DNA from: a virus | Strand: one strand, 5' to 3' | Virus record (IMG/VR): IMGVR_UViG_3300047560_002412 | Location: 1-64,000 of that record | DNA: 64,000 nt | Program-made: the position numbers and the translations under genes | In this document: positions 29,370 to 39,818 of the stretch, in pieces | Layout of the letters: each line of letters opens with the position of its first letter | How positions within the stretch are numbered: position 1 is the stretch's first letter | Notes under the pieces: generated by a model | Database searches by the model: none | What the model was told of the DNA's origin: nothing | Seen by the model: the letters and a program-made list of their open reading frames with translations, nothing else

Positions 29370-30470
29370 ATGCGAGCCTTGCTGTTAGCTGCATTTTCGC
29401 TAACACTTTGCGTCCAGTGCTGGGCAGGTATTGGTACGGTCTCTGATACAAAAGGAGTCTCATGCGCAATCGAAAGAGCAAAACAAAAATTATCTGGAGA
29501 AAAGGGTGCTAGTATTGAAAGTATGGATACTTACGTGACCGGCGGTTGCGTAAGTAACATTACCTTTAAAGATGATACAAAAGTCAAAGTCACAGAAAAT
29601 AGTAGACTACTCATAGATGACTTTGTTTTTGACCCCAAAGCTAGTGATGCTGGAAAATTAGCCCTTAAAGTAGGAGCTGGTACGGTACGATATGCAAGCG
29701 GTCAAATTGCTAAAAATAATCCCCAACAAGTAAACATTAAAACACCAACAGCATCTGTTGCTGTTCGAGGTACTGATTTCACTATGACCGTCGACGAAGC
29801 AGGAGGAAGCCTTGTTGTTTTGTTGCCTAGTTGTAAAGATGAAGCTGAACAGAAAAAATATGAATTAGAAGAAAACAAATGTAAAGTTGGAAAAATTAGT
29901 GTTAGTACAATGGCTGGGACCGTAGAATTAGACAAAGCGTTTGAAGCAACCTTTGTTAATAGTTCTAGCATGCCGCCAACACCGCCAGTTGTTGTAAACA
30001 CTATTGAATCAAAAATTAATAATAATTTAATTTTAGCCAGACCTACAGAAATTCAAAATGCAATTAAAGAACAACTAAAAACAGCAAAAGATAGAGAGCT
30101 AGAAGACCTTGAACAAGAAGCAACTAGACGAATGGCACAAATGGTTAAGCAATCTGCGGAAGCATTAGAAAATGCAAGAATTTTAGCAATGCAATCAATG
30201 GCAGCAGGCAGTGGTTGTAATTTTAGTTCTAACATATGTGTAATATGGGATAAACCAGATGCAGCTGATATCTATAGTCGAGGAAAAGGCATAGCCTTTA
30301 GATCAAACCAAGACAACTATGCAGAAATTAAAACAACAGGTGCTGATTCAAATACCTCTATAACAATACAACACAATGATAGTATAGCTTTTACAACAAT
30401 TGGAAATGCTGATCCAGGCGGAAACATTGTCAATATTAAACAAGTAAGTGGCGTGGCTAAAATAAGATGA
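29370..30470 (+). CDS. FecR-domain secreted protein
   Basis: TPTASVAVRGTDF motif. Confidence 0.82.
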   Translation: MRALLLAAFSLTLCVQCWAGIGTVSDTKGVSCAIERAKQKLSGEKGASIESMDTYVTGGCVSNITFKDDTKVKVTENSRLLIDDFVFDPKASDAGKLALKVGAGTVRYASGQIAKNNPQQVNIKTPTASVAVRGTDFTMTVDEAGGSLVVLLPSCKDEAEQKKYELEENKCKVGKISVSTMAGTVELDKAFEATFVNSSSMPPTPPVVVNTIESKINNNLILARPTEIQNAIKEQLKTAKDRELEDLEQEATRRMAQMVKQSAEALENARILAMQSMAAGSGCNFSSNICVIWDKPDAADIYSRGKGIAFRSNQDNYAEIKTTGADSNTSITIQHNDSIAFTTIGNADPGGNIVNIKQVSGVAKIR

Positions 30471-32125
30471 AACGATTTTTAATTCTTTTTTCTTTTATTT
30501 GGAGTTTTTGTATCAGTGCCCATAGTCAGGCAACAGGTCTTGCAGATTTAAAATTTGGACGATATCAAATAGCAGATAGCCAATGGAACGTATCTGCCTG
30601 TATGTATACCACTACTTGTCAAATCTATAGTAAGAATCCTGGAACCGCATACAAAATTCCCTGGACCAACGGCCAATTAAGTTGGGCGTCTGGCGATTAT
30701 GTAGCCTTTGCGGCAACAGGCAATGCAACCAACCCATGGAACGCTGTTCAATACAATTCTGCAGGAACACAAAAGGCTGTAATGGGTACTGGACACATTA
30801 TTAACATGGGAACTGATTATTTCTTCTTTGTAGGAAACGATAATAATACCGGGCAGTTGTTTAGTATGACTTCTGGATTTGCTAATACGTCTGGTCTTAC
30901 CTGGACTGGAACTTTAAATCCGACGGTGGCACAAGTAAACACTTACGCCACCAACGGTTCAACTACTCCGTTGGCTGCTGGTCAAACTGCTGCTCCTGCC
31001 GGCCCTGTCTGGACCAGTGTAAGACCGTTAATAACATCTGTAACACCAACTAGTAATAACAGCCCAACAGCTGAACGTGCTCCTAATGCTGTTGACGGTG
31101 ACGTTAATACAAAATATCTAAACTTTGACAAAGCTAATGCAGGTTTTACTATTAAATTAAGTCAAGGTAAAGTACTTGCTCAAATCAAATTCACTACTGC
31201 AAATGACTTTGAACCAAGAGATCCTGCTTCGTATTCTTTATACGGAAGTAATGACGGAACAACGTGGACTAAAATTGTAGATAGTCAAGCTATCAGTTTA
31301 CCATCTGCTCGATATAGTGATTCGCCAACATATTCTATTACCAATACAAATGCTTATGTGTATTACTATATTCAATTTAATACTACAAAAGACATGAGCA
31401 ATTGTGGGTTAGCCTGCGATTCAGTTCAAATTGGTGAAGTTACATTATATTACGATTCAAATAATACAACCACAAGTACTGCTACAGGATCAACTATTGT
31501 TGACCCAGTAACTGCAGGGTCTTTGTGCTGCGGTGGCACTAGTGCTCCTTTTAATGCCGATACAACAAATAACTCAAAGATAACAACTTTTGTTAATAGA
31601 ACAACAGCAGACAGCCAAGTACACATTGAACAGATTGGAACATCAAATACTATTGTTGTAAATCAAACAGGAACAAAAAATAATTACACAAAAATTTACA
31701 ATAACGGATACAGCAACGATATAACCGTTAATCAATCCGGAACTGCCAATACTGCGGTCAACTATGTAGATCTAACCATAGGTAACGGAGCAAGTTCTAG
31801 TTATAACGATGTGTCTATAACACAGCAAAGCACAGGCGGAGCCAAAGGTGCATTTGTTAATATTTCTGGAAATTCAAACACACTTGTTTTACAACAAAAA
31901 GACAACGGAAGCCACTATTCAGAGGTTACATTAAGTGGCGGCAATAAAAATGTAGATATATTACAACAAGGTTCAGCTAGCCATATGAGTAGAGTTACGT
32001 TAACTGGTCTACCTGTTGATTTAAGTCTATCTCAAAGTGGTTCTACTCAACAATTTTATTCTATTAACTTTAATTGCGCAACATCAGGGGGCTGTGCAAA
32101 AATCAGTGTAACGCAAGGGCAATAA
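30467..32125 (+). CDS. Secreted protein with discoidin (F5/8)-like domain and curlin-like repeats
   Basis: DGDVNTKYL, TTANDFEPRDP.S..L.GSNDG..W; C-terminal Q.G..N repeats. Confidence 0.72.
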   Translation: MKRFLILFSFIWSFCISAHSQATGLADLKFGRYQIADSQWNVSACMYTTTCQIYSKNPGTAYKIPWTNGQLSWASGDYVAFAATGNATNPWNAVQYNSAGTQKAVMGTGHIINMGTDYFFFVGNDNNTGQLFSMTSGFANTSGLTWTGTLNPTVAQVNTYATNGSTTPLAAGQTAAPAGPVWTSVRPLITSVTPTSNNSPTAERAPNAVDGDVNTKYLNFDKANAGFTIKLSQGKVLAQIKFTTANDFEPRDPASYSLYGSNDGTTWTKIVDSQAISLPSARYSDSPTYSITNTNAYVYYYIQFNTTKDMSNCGLACDSVQIGEVTLYYDSNNTTTSTATGSTIVDPVTAGSLCCGGTSAPFNADTTNNSKITTFVNRTTADSQVHIEQIGTSNTIVVNQTGTKNNYTKIYNNGYSNDITVNQSGTANTAVNYVDLTIGNGASSSYNDVSITQQSTGGAKGAFVNISGNSNTLVLQQKDNGSHYSEVTLSGGNKNVDILQQGSASHMSRVTLTGLPVDLSLSQSGSTQQFYSINFNCATSGGCAKISVTQGQ

Positions 32126-32132
32126 ATAATAG

Positions 32133-32336
32133 ATGCGTAAATTAACGTTGTTAATTTCATTTATTATTTCAGGATGTGCCACAAGCCCAACCCCTGTCTA
32201 TTCACCGCCGCCTAATTGTATTAATGTTCCTGGAGAAGGATGTAAACAATTTAATGCTGGAAATAAAGGCGGAACAACATTAGGACACCACAATGATGAA
32301 GATCTCCCTGCCAAAGCTGCCGCAGTTCCACGCTAA
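32133..32336 (+). CDS. Small lipoprotein
   Basis: ISGC lipobox. Confidence 0.55.
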   Translation: MRKLTLLISFIISGCATSPTPVYSPPPNCINVPGEGCKQFNAGNKGGTTLGHHNDEDLPAKAAAVPR

Positions 32337-34371
32337 AAAAATCTTAGTAAGTCCGTGGACAGCTTTACTGACATTGGCACTTATTTTAAGTATAAGAATA
32401 GCTGATCCTGTCTTTATAGAAAGCGTAAGATTACGTTATTTTGATACTTTAATTACTAATCAATCTCCTACAAAAAATAATATCATCACCGTTAACATAG
32501 ATGAAAATGCTCTAGACAAATATGGTCAATGGCCGTTTAAACGAGATGTTTATGCTCAGCTAATCGACGAGTTGTACAAAAGAAATGCAGGACTGGTGAT
32601 ATTCAACGTATTAATGACTGAAAAAGATCGTCAAGGCGGTGATGCAAAATTAGCATCTATCCTTGAAAAATTTCCAGTGGTATTACCTAACATGCCAGCT
32701 GATAGAATGAAAAACTCTCCTCGTCAGCCTGGTACTGCAATCATCGGCTCTGATTTTCAAGATATGATTATTCAATATCCTGGTATTATTGCAAATATTC
32801 CTGAATTAGAAAGTCGTGCTGCTGGTGTTGGTATTGTTAATACACTTCCAGAGGTAGACGGAGTAAATCGACGAATGCCACTAGTAGTAAGTGTTGATGG
32901 CAAAGTATATCCAAGTTTAGCAATGGAGGCGTTAAGAGTTGCCGCAGGTGATTCTACCACGCAAATTAAATTATTCGATGGTGGTGTTGAAAAAATGCGT
33001 ATTCCTAAATTTGGTCCTATTACTACAGACCAGTTAGGTCGTGTTTGGATTGATTGGAGCCAACAATCTACTGCATATTCTATGACAGAATTACCAAAAG
33101 ATTTTGGTGGCGCTGTTGTTATTGTTGGAGTTGCTGCTGCGGGTTTGGGTAATCCTGTACCAACTGCTGTTGGTAGTGTTTGGCCACACGAAGTACAGGC
33201 CGCAGTCTTAGGAACAATGTTTAATAACGTTGTTATTAAAAGACCTGACTATGCTGATGGGGTAGAGATTTTGACATTAGCATTGGCAGGAATATTATTA
33301 ATATTTTTAACAAGGTATGTATATGTCGGTCTGGCAACAACGATTATTCTTGTCGGCGGTAGTGCTGTTGGCAGTTGGATTGTGTTCAATAATTTTTTAT
33401 GGTTATTTGACGCTACTGCCCCTGGAGTTGGCCTACTTGTGGTCGCTCTGCATGCCTATGGTGTCAAGTTTGTAAGTGAGTTCTTACAGAAGCAGGCAAT
33501 TAAGAAACAATTTGCAGGCTACTGCTCTAAGGAAGTAGTAGAGATGCTACAAAAAGATCCAGACTTAATCAAGCGTGGTGTACGTAAAGACGTATCAGTT
33601 ATGTTTAGCGACTTACGTGGCTTTACTCCTATCGGTGAACACTATGGTGATGATGTTGCTGGACTTGGCAAGTACATGAACGGCTACATGGATGCTATCA
33701 GTCGTCCTATCATGGACAACAAGGGTATGGTTATTAAGTATGTAGGTGATGCAAGTATGCACATACATGGCGCACCCATTGAAGATCCTAACCATGCTCG
33801 CACTATTGTTGCTGTTGGCCTACAGATGTTAGACGCAGTAGATGCTTACACAAAAGAAATGGAAGCACAAGGCTTACCGCCAGCCGCAATGGGTTGGGGT
33901 TGTAACACGGGCATTGGCTTTATTGGTGAGATGGGGTCAACTGATAGACACAGCTATGACATTTTAGGCGACATGGTTAGTACCGCAGCACGTCTAGAAG
34001 CACGTTGTAAAGCCTATGGCGTGTTATGTATTATCGGTGCTGAAACATACAACAGAACTAAAGACGATTTCTTCTACTTGTGTATTGACAACCTACAACC
34101 TAAGGGCAAGTCAGTAGCAGACCTAATCTATACAGCACTACGTCCAAACGGTGCCGATTGGACGAAAGACTTAGTGCGCTATAACAATATGCAAGAGTTA
34201 TACAAACAGAAGAAGTTTGATGCCGCCGCAATTATTTGTGGTGAATTAAAAGGCACATTTGGCGGACAAATGGACAAGTATTACAAGATTTGGATTGAAC
34301 GTTGTGAGTTTATGAAACAACAAGACCTACCAGACAACTGGAATGGTGAGTTTATTGCCCACGAAAAATAA
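32293..34371 (+). CDS. CHASE2-domain class III adenylate/guanylate cyclase
   Basis: IDE..L..YGQWPF.R, DGVNRR, MFSDLRGFT, KYVGDA, GD.V..AARLE. Confidence 0.92.
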   Translation: MMKISLPKLPQFHAKKILVSPWTALLTLALILSIRIADPVFIESVRLRYFDTLITNQSPTKNNIITVNIDENALDKYGQWPFKRDVYAQLIDELYKRNAGLVIFNVLMTEKDRQGGDAKLASILEKFPVVLPNMPADRMKNSPRQPGTAIIGSDFQDMIIQYPGIIANIPELESRAAGVGIVNTLPEVDGVNRRMPLVVSVDGKVYPSLAMEALRVAAGDSTTQIKLFDGGVEKMRIPKFGPITTDQLGRVWIDWSQQSTAYSMTELPKDFGGAVVIVGVAAAGLGNPVPTAVGSVWPHEVQAAVLGTMFNNVVIKRPDYADGVEILTLALAGILLIFLTRYVYVGLATTIILVGGSAVGSWIVFNNFLWLFDATAPGVGLLVVALHAYGVKFVSEFLQKQAIKKQFAGYCSKEVVEMLQKDPDLIKRGVRKDVSVMFSDLRGFTPIGEHYGDDVAGLGKYMNGYMDAISRPIMDNKGMVIKYVGDASMHIHGAPIEDPNHARTIVAVGLQMLDAVDAYTKEMEAQGLPPAAMGWGCNTGIGFIGEMGSTDRHSYDILGDMVSTAARLEARCKAYGVLCIIGAETYNRTKDDFFYLCIDNLQPKGKSVADLIYTALRPNGADWTKDLVRYNNMQELYKQKKFDAAAIICGELKGTFGGQMDKYYKIWIERCEFMKQQDLPDNWNGEFIAHEK

Positions 34372-34639
34372 TGAACCCGTTTTATATACAAGAACAAATT
34401 ATGTGTTGGTGGTTTGACCAGATAGTGTTAGTTGGTGTTAAACTATACTATTGGCCTGCGTTTATGGCAGGCTCCGCCGATACAATATCAGACTTATTTA
34501 AACCTCAAACCTACAGCCTTTGCAGATAATTAAGAAGCAGGTGTATCTAGCGGAGTTGCTGGCTGTGGTGCTGGTTGTGTTGGTAGCTTTGGATCTGCTG
34601 ATTTAGTTGGGGCTACTGGAATTGTTGTTCTACTCATTT

Positions 34640-34993
34640 TTAACTTTCTCCTGCTGCGGCTGTTTTCTTTTCGTCATTGTCTAATTTAGTAGCTTGATCA
34701 AACTTTTGATTAGCTTCTTTTTCGACTTTCATCTGTTCCATAACACGATCTGACTCAATGATCTTGCCTCGCAAATGTAATACGGTATTTACCTTTTGAT
34801 TTAACCTAATTAAATCGTTGTCTAACATACGAATACGATCGATAAGGGCGATAAGAACGGTGTTAGCTTCACTAATAACCGGTTTAACTTCTTTAGTTGA
34901 CCATTCCCATACATACTTAATAATATAGCCCATGCCAACTGCCATAACAATTGGGAAACCATACTTATTGACTAATTCACCTAATTCACCCAT
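34640..34993 (-). CDS. Small membrane protein (GFPI motif)
   Basis: Single TM plus coiled coil. Confidence 0.7.
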   Translation of the reverse strand: MGELGELVNKYGFPIVMAVGMGYIIKYVWEWSTKEVKPVISEANTVLIALIDRIRMLDNDLIRLNQKVNTVLHLRGKIIESDRVMEQMKVEKEANQKFDQATKLDNDEKKTAAAGES

Positions 34994-35002
34994 AATATCT
35001 CC

Positions 35003-35197
35003 TTAATCCCAATGACCCTTAGGCCTATTAACTTTAGTTGGGGTTTTGATTTCCCAATTATTAATTTTTGGTTTTTTATTTTTTGTTTTATAATAATCTT
35101 CTAGTTCTTTCAGGGTCCATAGAGCATAGACACTAACTCCTAATGATATAGTGGAAAACGCATATATTAAAAGAAGAAAGTCAAGTTCAATATACAC
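35003..35197 (-). CDS. Small membrane protein
   Basis: Single TM. Confidence 0.55.
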   Translation of the reverse strand: MYIELDFLLLIYAFSTISLGVSVYALWTLKELEDYYKTKNKKPKINNWEIKTPTKVNRPKGHWD

Positions 35198-35397
35198 TAT
35201 TTGGTATCCCCAAAATTAACACGATATCCTTTTACAAAAGCAACCATAGGTTCTACTTTTACCAACATAGCTTTTCCGTTTCTATTGGTAATCATAAAAT
35301 GATCTCCGTGTTTCCAACCTAGCTTATCTATATTCAATTCTTCGTCGAATATAATACCATTAGGACTTAAATCCCAATTATAATCTAGATAGAACAT
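35197..35397 (-). CDS. Hypothetical protein
   Basis: AAGGA SD, coupled ORF. Confidence 0.6.
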   Translation of the reverse strand: MFYLDYNWDLSPNGIIFDEELNIDKLGWKHGDHFMITNRNGKAMLVKVEPMVAFVKGYRVNFGDTK

Positions 35398-35414
35398 TTT
35401 AAAATTCCTTTTCA

Positions 35415-35696
35415 TTAATCTCGTCTAGCATCGTTCTTGCCATCTGCTCTAGCAATGCGATCTACGTCAGGACGTAGTCCTAGTGCGTTTGATACAATGG
35501 TATCAATACGTACAACATCGTGGTTCATAGTTTTAACTCGATTATCAAGAGCAACAATGATACCTGCCATTCCTTTTATGCTACCCAAAACGCCCTGTAG
35601 CAAAAGTTTAATGGTTAAGTATACAAAATACCCGCCTGCAAATGCCACAGCAATAGGGAAGCCCAAATCGCCTATAATTTTGAAAATTTCATTCAT
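35415..35696 (-). CDS. Small membrane protein (GFPI motif, paralog of 34640-34993)
   Basis: GFPIA.A...GY and ALD.R....D..R shared. Confidence 0.7.
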   Translation of the reverse strand: MNEIFKIIGDLGFPIAVAFAGGYFVYLTIKLLLQGVLGSIKGMAGIIVALDNRVKTMNHDVVRIDTIVSNALGLRPDVDRIARADGKNDARRD

Positions 35697-35801
35697 TGAT
35701 CGCTCCAATGTTTAGTGTTATTGTTATATGTGTATTTAACCCGTTGACATAACTTTTAAGTGATGCTATAATATGCACATATTTCTAATAAAGTGATTAA
35801 A

Positions 35802-36608
35802 ATGCGTATCCAAATTGTATCCGATTTGCACCTAGAGTTTTCAGATATTAATGTTCAAAATACCAACGATGCTGATGTGTTGATTTTGGGCGGAGATATC
35901 ATGGTGGCTTCGAAAGTTCATAAGCCCGAGAGCGAATACGGAGTTCGTTTTCGCAATTTCCTGAAGCGTGTTAGCTTCCAATTTCCTCACGTTGTTTACG
36001 TTATGGGTAATCACGAATTTTACAGCGATGGACGCTTCTTTGATTCTATTGATGACATGAGAGCTGCCTGTGGGGTACACGATAACGTGTATCTGCTAGA
36101 ACGAGATACTAAAATTATCAATGATGTTTTATTTGTTGGTGGAACTTTGTGGACTGACATGAACAAATTTGATCCGTTGACTCTTCATGCTGTTACTGAC
36201 ATGATGATGGACTATAGGGCCATTAACAATGACAAAGCTGGTTTCCGCAGACTTAAACCTGCAGATACCGTTGAACGTCATCGTGCTACTCGAGATTATA
36301 TTGTTCAAGTTGTTCAAGAAAATAAAGATAAGAAAATTGTTGTAGTGGGTCACCACTCTCCATCTTTTCAAAGTTGTCATGAACAATACAAACATGACTA
36401 TTTAATGAATGGTGCTTATCATAGTAGTCTAGAAAATATTATGTTGGATAATCCTCATATTAAATTGTGGACACATGGACATACACACCATCCATTTGAC
36501 TACGTCATTGGTGAAACTCGTGTTGTATGTAATCCTCGTGGTTACGAACAACCTTATGGTTATAGTGAATTTACTGGATGGGATCCAGAGAAAGTTGTTG
36601 AAATATAA
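35802..36608 (+). CDS. Calcineurin-like metallophosphoesterase
   Basis: SDLHLE, GDI, GNHE, HGHTH, NPRGY; upstream TTGACA-17-TATAAT. Confidence 0.92.
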   Translation: MRIQIVSDLHLEFSDINVQNTNDADVLILGGDIMVASKVHKPESEYGVRFRNFLKRVSFQFPHVVYVMGNHEFYSDGRFFDSIDDMRAACGVHDNVYLLERDTKIINDVLFVGGTLWTDMNKFDPLTLHAVTDMMMDYRAINNDKAGFRRLKPADTVERHRATRDYIVQVVQENKDKKIVVVGHHSPSFQSCHEQYKHDYLMNGAYHSSLENIMLDNPHIKLWTHGHTHHPFDYVIGETRVVCNPRGYEQPYGYSEFTGWDPEKVVEI

Positions 36609-36932
36609 ATGGATAAGCAAAAGTTTTTAGAAGATTTAAAAACAGGTGTTCGCCATGTTGTGATCAATACCTGCTACGGTGGCTTTGGTCTAAGTATTCG
36701 CGCTCGTAGTGAATACTGCAAGTTAGCAGGTATCCAAGAAAATGATTTTTATGATCGCAATGTTGCTCGTGATGATCCTTACTTAGTTAAGATTGTTAAA
36801 GAGTTAGGATCAGAAGCAAATGGATCTCATGCCAATCTCAAGATTGTTGAAATTCCCGGAGATGTTTCTTGGCACATCGGAGAATATGATGGCAACGAAT
36901 GGGTTGCCGAAGATCACCGGTCCTGGTCATGA
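36609..36932 (+). CDS. Conserved phage hypothetical protein
   Basis: VINTCYGGFGLS, EYDGNEWVAEDHR. Confidence 0.75.
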   Translation: MDKQKFLEDLKTGVRHVVINTCYGGFGLSIRARSEYCKLAGIQENDFYDRNVARDDPYLVKIVKELGSEANGSHANLKIVEIPGDVSWHIGEYDGNEWVAEDHRSWS

Positions 36933-37201
36933 AAACAAAAATACATCATTGGCAATTTCACGATGGGGTTACTCCCATTAATCCTGGTAGCCCATTTGGA
37001 GAAATGGTTCCTCCACGTGGCTGGACCTGTTGGGTATATCCAGAAAATGATTATGAGTTTGAAGACTGGATGTCTAAGAACTGCCCTACTACAGATTGCA
37101 CTCATCGTTTTAACTCCGGTGATCCTATGTACACCGTTAATATTAGCGACGACAAAGAAGCAACTCTTTTTCATTTAAAGTATGGTGATGGGACTTGGTA
37201 A
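36929..37201 (+). CDS. Small paralog-family protein
   Basis: C-terminal EATLFHLKY. Confidence 0.7.
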   Translation: MKTKIHHWQFHDGVTPINPGSPFGEMVPPRGWTCWVYPENDYEFEDWMSKNCPTTDCTHRFNSGDPMYTVNISDDKEATLFHLKYGDGTW

Positions 37202-37451
37202 AGGTTTAAAGGTAGCAAGTGTGAACGAGATCTTAGCAACAAGAGCTCGTGCTACCTTTTCTTATCGTATAAACTTTGATAATATTAAAATAGGCAATGT
37301 TAAGCCTATGAATGAATGGTGTGAATCTAATTGTCGAGGACTATGGAGATCTGAGACATACCACGCCCTTTATTGGCAGTTTGAAGACGAACAAGATGCT
37401 ACAATGTTTATGCTTCGGTGGGCACAGGCGGAAGGAAACAAGATAAAATGA
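37182..37451 (+). CDS. Small paralog-family protein
   Basis: FEDEQDATMFMLRW. Confidence 0.7.
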   Translation: MVMGLGKGLKVASVNEILATRARATFSYRINFDNIKIGNVKPMNEWCESNCRGLWRSETYHALYWQFEDEQDATMFMLRWAQAEGNKIK

Positions 37452-37648
37452 GAGTGCTAAACAAAAGTATTTGGCCTTTTCAAACTCGAGTAAAAGGCGA
37501 CCGCGATGACATTTATATTTGGTGTCAGCAAAAGTTGTATCACGGCGGCCATTATGAACCTAATTGGTACTACAATTCTGAAACCAATACTTGGTGCTTC
37601 AAAGACGGCAAAGAATTTACTATGTTTTGTTTAAAGTGGGCATCGTGA
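37448..37648 (+). CDS. Small paralog-family protein
   Basis: FKDGKEFTMFCLKW. Confidence 0.7.
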   Translation: MRVLNKSIWPFQTRVKGDRDDIYIWCQQKLYHGGHYEPNWYYNSETNTWCFKDGKEFTMFCLKWAS

Positions 37649-38040
37649 ACTTACAACCTTGGCAATCGGAATTATTAAAGAAAATGGCACAATATAAAGG
37701 ACGCGGTCTAATACAGATCACAGGACGGAATACAGGCAAGAGTGCCATTTCTGCCGCTGCTCTTCAGCGAATGATGAATGATATTCATAGTCGTCCTATA
37801 GAAGATATCATGCTGTCAGAAGGCAAAGTCTACGGTGCTCGTTATTATACAGCAGAGCCCATTGGAGGTAATTGGATAGAGATGGAAGCGTGGTGTTATC
37901 AAACATTTGGTGACGACACAAGTCCTATCTGGGGAGAAGATCGGGCCCCAGAACCTGCACAGCGTTGGTATAAAAACAATCGTAAGTTTTGGTTTAGAAG
38001 TGAGGCAGACAGAACTATGTTTGTATTAAAATGGCGGTAA
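37645..38040 (+). CDS. Small paralog-family protein
   Basis: FRSEADRTMFVLKW. Confidence 0.7.
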   Translation: MNLQPWQSELLKKMAQYKGRGLIQITGRNTGKSAISAAALQRMMNDIHSRPIEDIMLSEGKVYGARYYTAEPIGGNWIEMEAWCYQTFGDDTSPIWGEDRAPEPAQRWYKNNRKFWFRSEADRTMFVLKWR

Positions 38041-38420
38041 GAACTCTTAGACGTAAAGTCATTATACGCGAGTACGATTTCGAAAGAGTAAAGAGAGAAG
38101 CATTCGCTCCTACAGGTATACATACTCTTTACGATCGTGTCAGTTTCATGCCGCTAAATCAAGAAGCTATTGAAAAATTAAAAGTTGTAGACATTCTTAA
38201 GGGAAAAAATCATACTCCTATTCTAGAAACAAAATGGAATACAAAGATACCTGGGTTATTGTTACGAGATTTAAAAGATTATCTATACGATGAACGATAT
38301 GCTATGTGGAGAGTAACTATAGATCTTGATGGTTACTTATGTGTGCAGGCAAGAAAAAATACACCCCTAAGTAGAATAGGTTGGGGTGTGTTTGAAAAAG
38401 ACTTAATAAGTAGACTATGA
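38031..38420 (+). CDS. Hypothetical protein
   Basis: Coupled ORF. Confidence 0.65.
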   Translation: MAVRTLRRKVIIREYDFERVKREAFAPTGIHTLYDRVSFMPLNQEAIEKLKVVDILKGKNHTPILETKWNTKIPGLLLRDLKDYLYDERYAMWRVTIDLDGYLCVQARKNTPLSRIGWGVFEKDLISRL

Positions 38421-38674
38421 AGTTAGAAGACCAAATTATCGAAGAACTTGGGACACAGATGCAGAGTGAAATAGACTTTCACATCTTATCAGACATGTTA
38501 GTAGAATTAGGCTGGACTAGAGTGATTATATCTAGGTTTCAAGACAATCATCATGCGATAGATATAAGGATTTGGTGTGAAGAGCATATCAAGAATCCTT
38601 ACGAAAATCGTGGAACTAATTTTGTATTTGAAGACCAAGGCGATGCAGTTAACTTTACATTAAGGTGGATATAA
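38417..38674 (+). CDS. Small paralog-family protein
   Basis: FEDQGDAVNFTLRW. Confidence 0.7.
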   Translation: MKLEDQIIEELGTQMQSEIDFHILSDMLVELGWTRVIISRFQDNHHAIDIRIWCEEHIKNPYENRGTNFVFEDQGDAVNFTLRWI

Positions 38675-38961
38675 TGGAATACTTTTGGAGTGATGGTGGA
38701 AATAATCGCCCAGACTTTACCTATCGTTATACTATGAAAGAAGTAACCAGCGAAATGTATCGATGGTGTCAAAATTATCCTGCAAACGGTCCATTTGATC
38801 GATTCCATGTTATCCGTAACTATGGACAGCCTACAGATGCTGACAAGAAAGAAATTCCACTCATTCAATTTGAAAATAAAAAAGCTGCCTTTATGTTTAG
38901 TATTGCATTTAGCGAATATGTTTTAGAAGATAAAACTTATAGGTTTGCTCGTGAACCATGA
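38674..38961 (+). CDS. Small paralog-family protein
   Basis: FENKKAAFMFSIAF. Confidence 0.68.
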   Translation: MEYFWSDGGNNRPDFTYRYTMKEVTSEMYRWCQNYPANGPFDRFHVIRNYGQPTDADKKEIPLIQFENKKAAFMFSIAFSEYVLEDKTYRFAREP

Positions 38962-39173
38962 TGATAACACAACGTATATTCAACGGACCAGACTGCTATC
39001 CTTGGATGCAGGTATTTGCGTTTTTGCCTGTTAAAACTATCAGTGGCAAATATGTGTGGCTTCGTAAAATTTACAAACAGCGTTGCTGGGTAGTGTGGGG
39101 CACAGGATTTCATATGGAGCCTCACGTAGAATACGCTGAACTTTTTGATATATTAAATTATGGGCAAAGTTAA
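38958..39173 (+). CDS. Hypothetical protein
   Basis: W...FAFLPV.T.SG..VWLR. Confidence 0.65.
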   Translation: MMITQRIFNGPDCYPWMQVFAFLPVKTISGKYVWLRKIYKQRCWVVWGTGFHMEPHVEYAELFDILNYGQS

Positions 39174-39561
39174 AAATTCTATAATATGGCCAGATGCGCC
39201 AGACCGATCATCAGCAGCAAACCAAGCATTAGCTGACGCATACTTTAAATATCATTCTCCCTACACTCACCGGCCGCCTAAACATAAGTACAACGTAATA
39301 GGAGATCGCGTGGAAGAATGTAAAGAAATTATTGTTCATCAATTCATGATGGGTGATGTAGAAGATCCCGACTTATATGCTGCCGAACCATTAATTAAAT
39401 GGCAAGAAAGTGAATCAGGAAAATGGATAATGAAAAATGCCGCAGACACCCCGACATGGTACAGAATGGCAGATCCAACAACCTACGGATACAAATATCA
39501 AATCCGAGCAAAACTAATGGGCCCTGCCCTAACAGAATGGTTTTTAAGGTACGGGAAATAA
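39160..39561 (+). CDS. Hypothetical protein
   Basis: GDVEDPDLYAAEP..W..SE.GKW. Confidence 0.7.
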   Translation: MGKVKNSIIWPDAPDRSSAANQALADAYFKYHSPYTHRPPKHKYNVIGDRVEECKEIIVHQFMMGDVEDPDLYAAEPLIKWQESESGKWIMKNAADTPTWYRMADPTTYGYKYQIRAKLMGPALTEWFLRYGK

Positions 39562-39818
39562 TGGGCGCACCTGTAGCTAAAATAATGCCCAAACCAAAAG
39601 TGGTGGATAGCCACTTAACTCGAGATGAAAAATTAATGGGGTTGCTATCAACCTACTTTCCTGTTATAATTAAAAATGAAAATGATTATTCAGAAAAGTT
39701 AACTTGGTGTCTTGAACATTGCCAAAGTAAGTTTCGTGATATTAAAATGAGCGATGGACGAGTTTGGTATTTTCAAAACGATAAAGACGCTTCAATGTTT
39801 GCATTAAAATGGGCTTAA
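39561..39818 (+). CDS. Small paralog-family protein
   Basis: FQNDKDASMFALKW. Confidence 0.7.
   Translation: MGAPVAKIMPKPKVVDSHLTRDEKLMGLLSTYFPVIIKNENDYSEKLTWCLEHCQSKFRDIKMSDGRVWYFQNDKDASMFALKWA

Noticed and set aside
399-33795. Short antisense ORFs inside large genes
   Set aside because: Shadow frames of well-supported plus-strand genes
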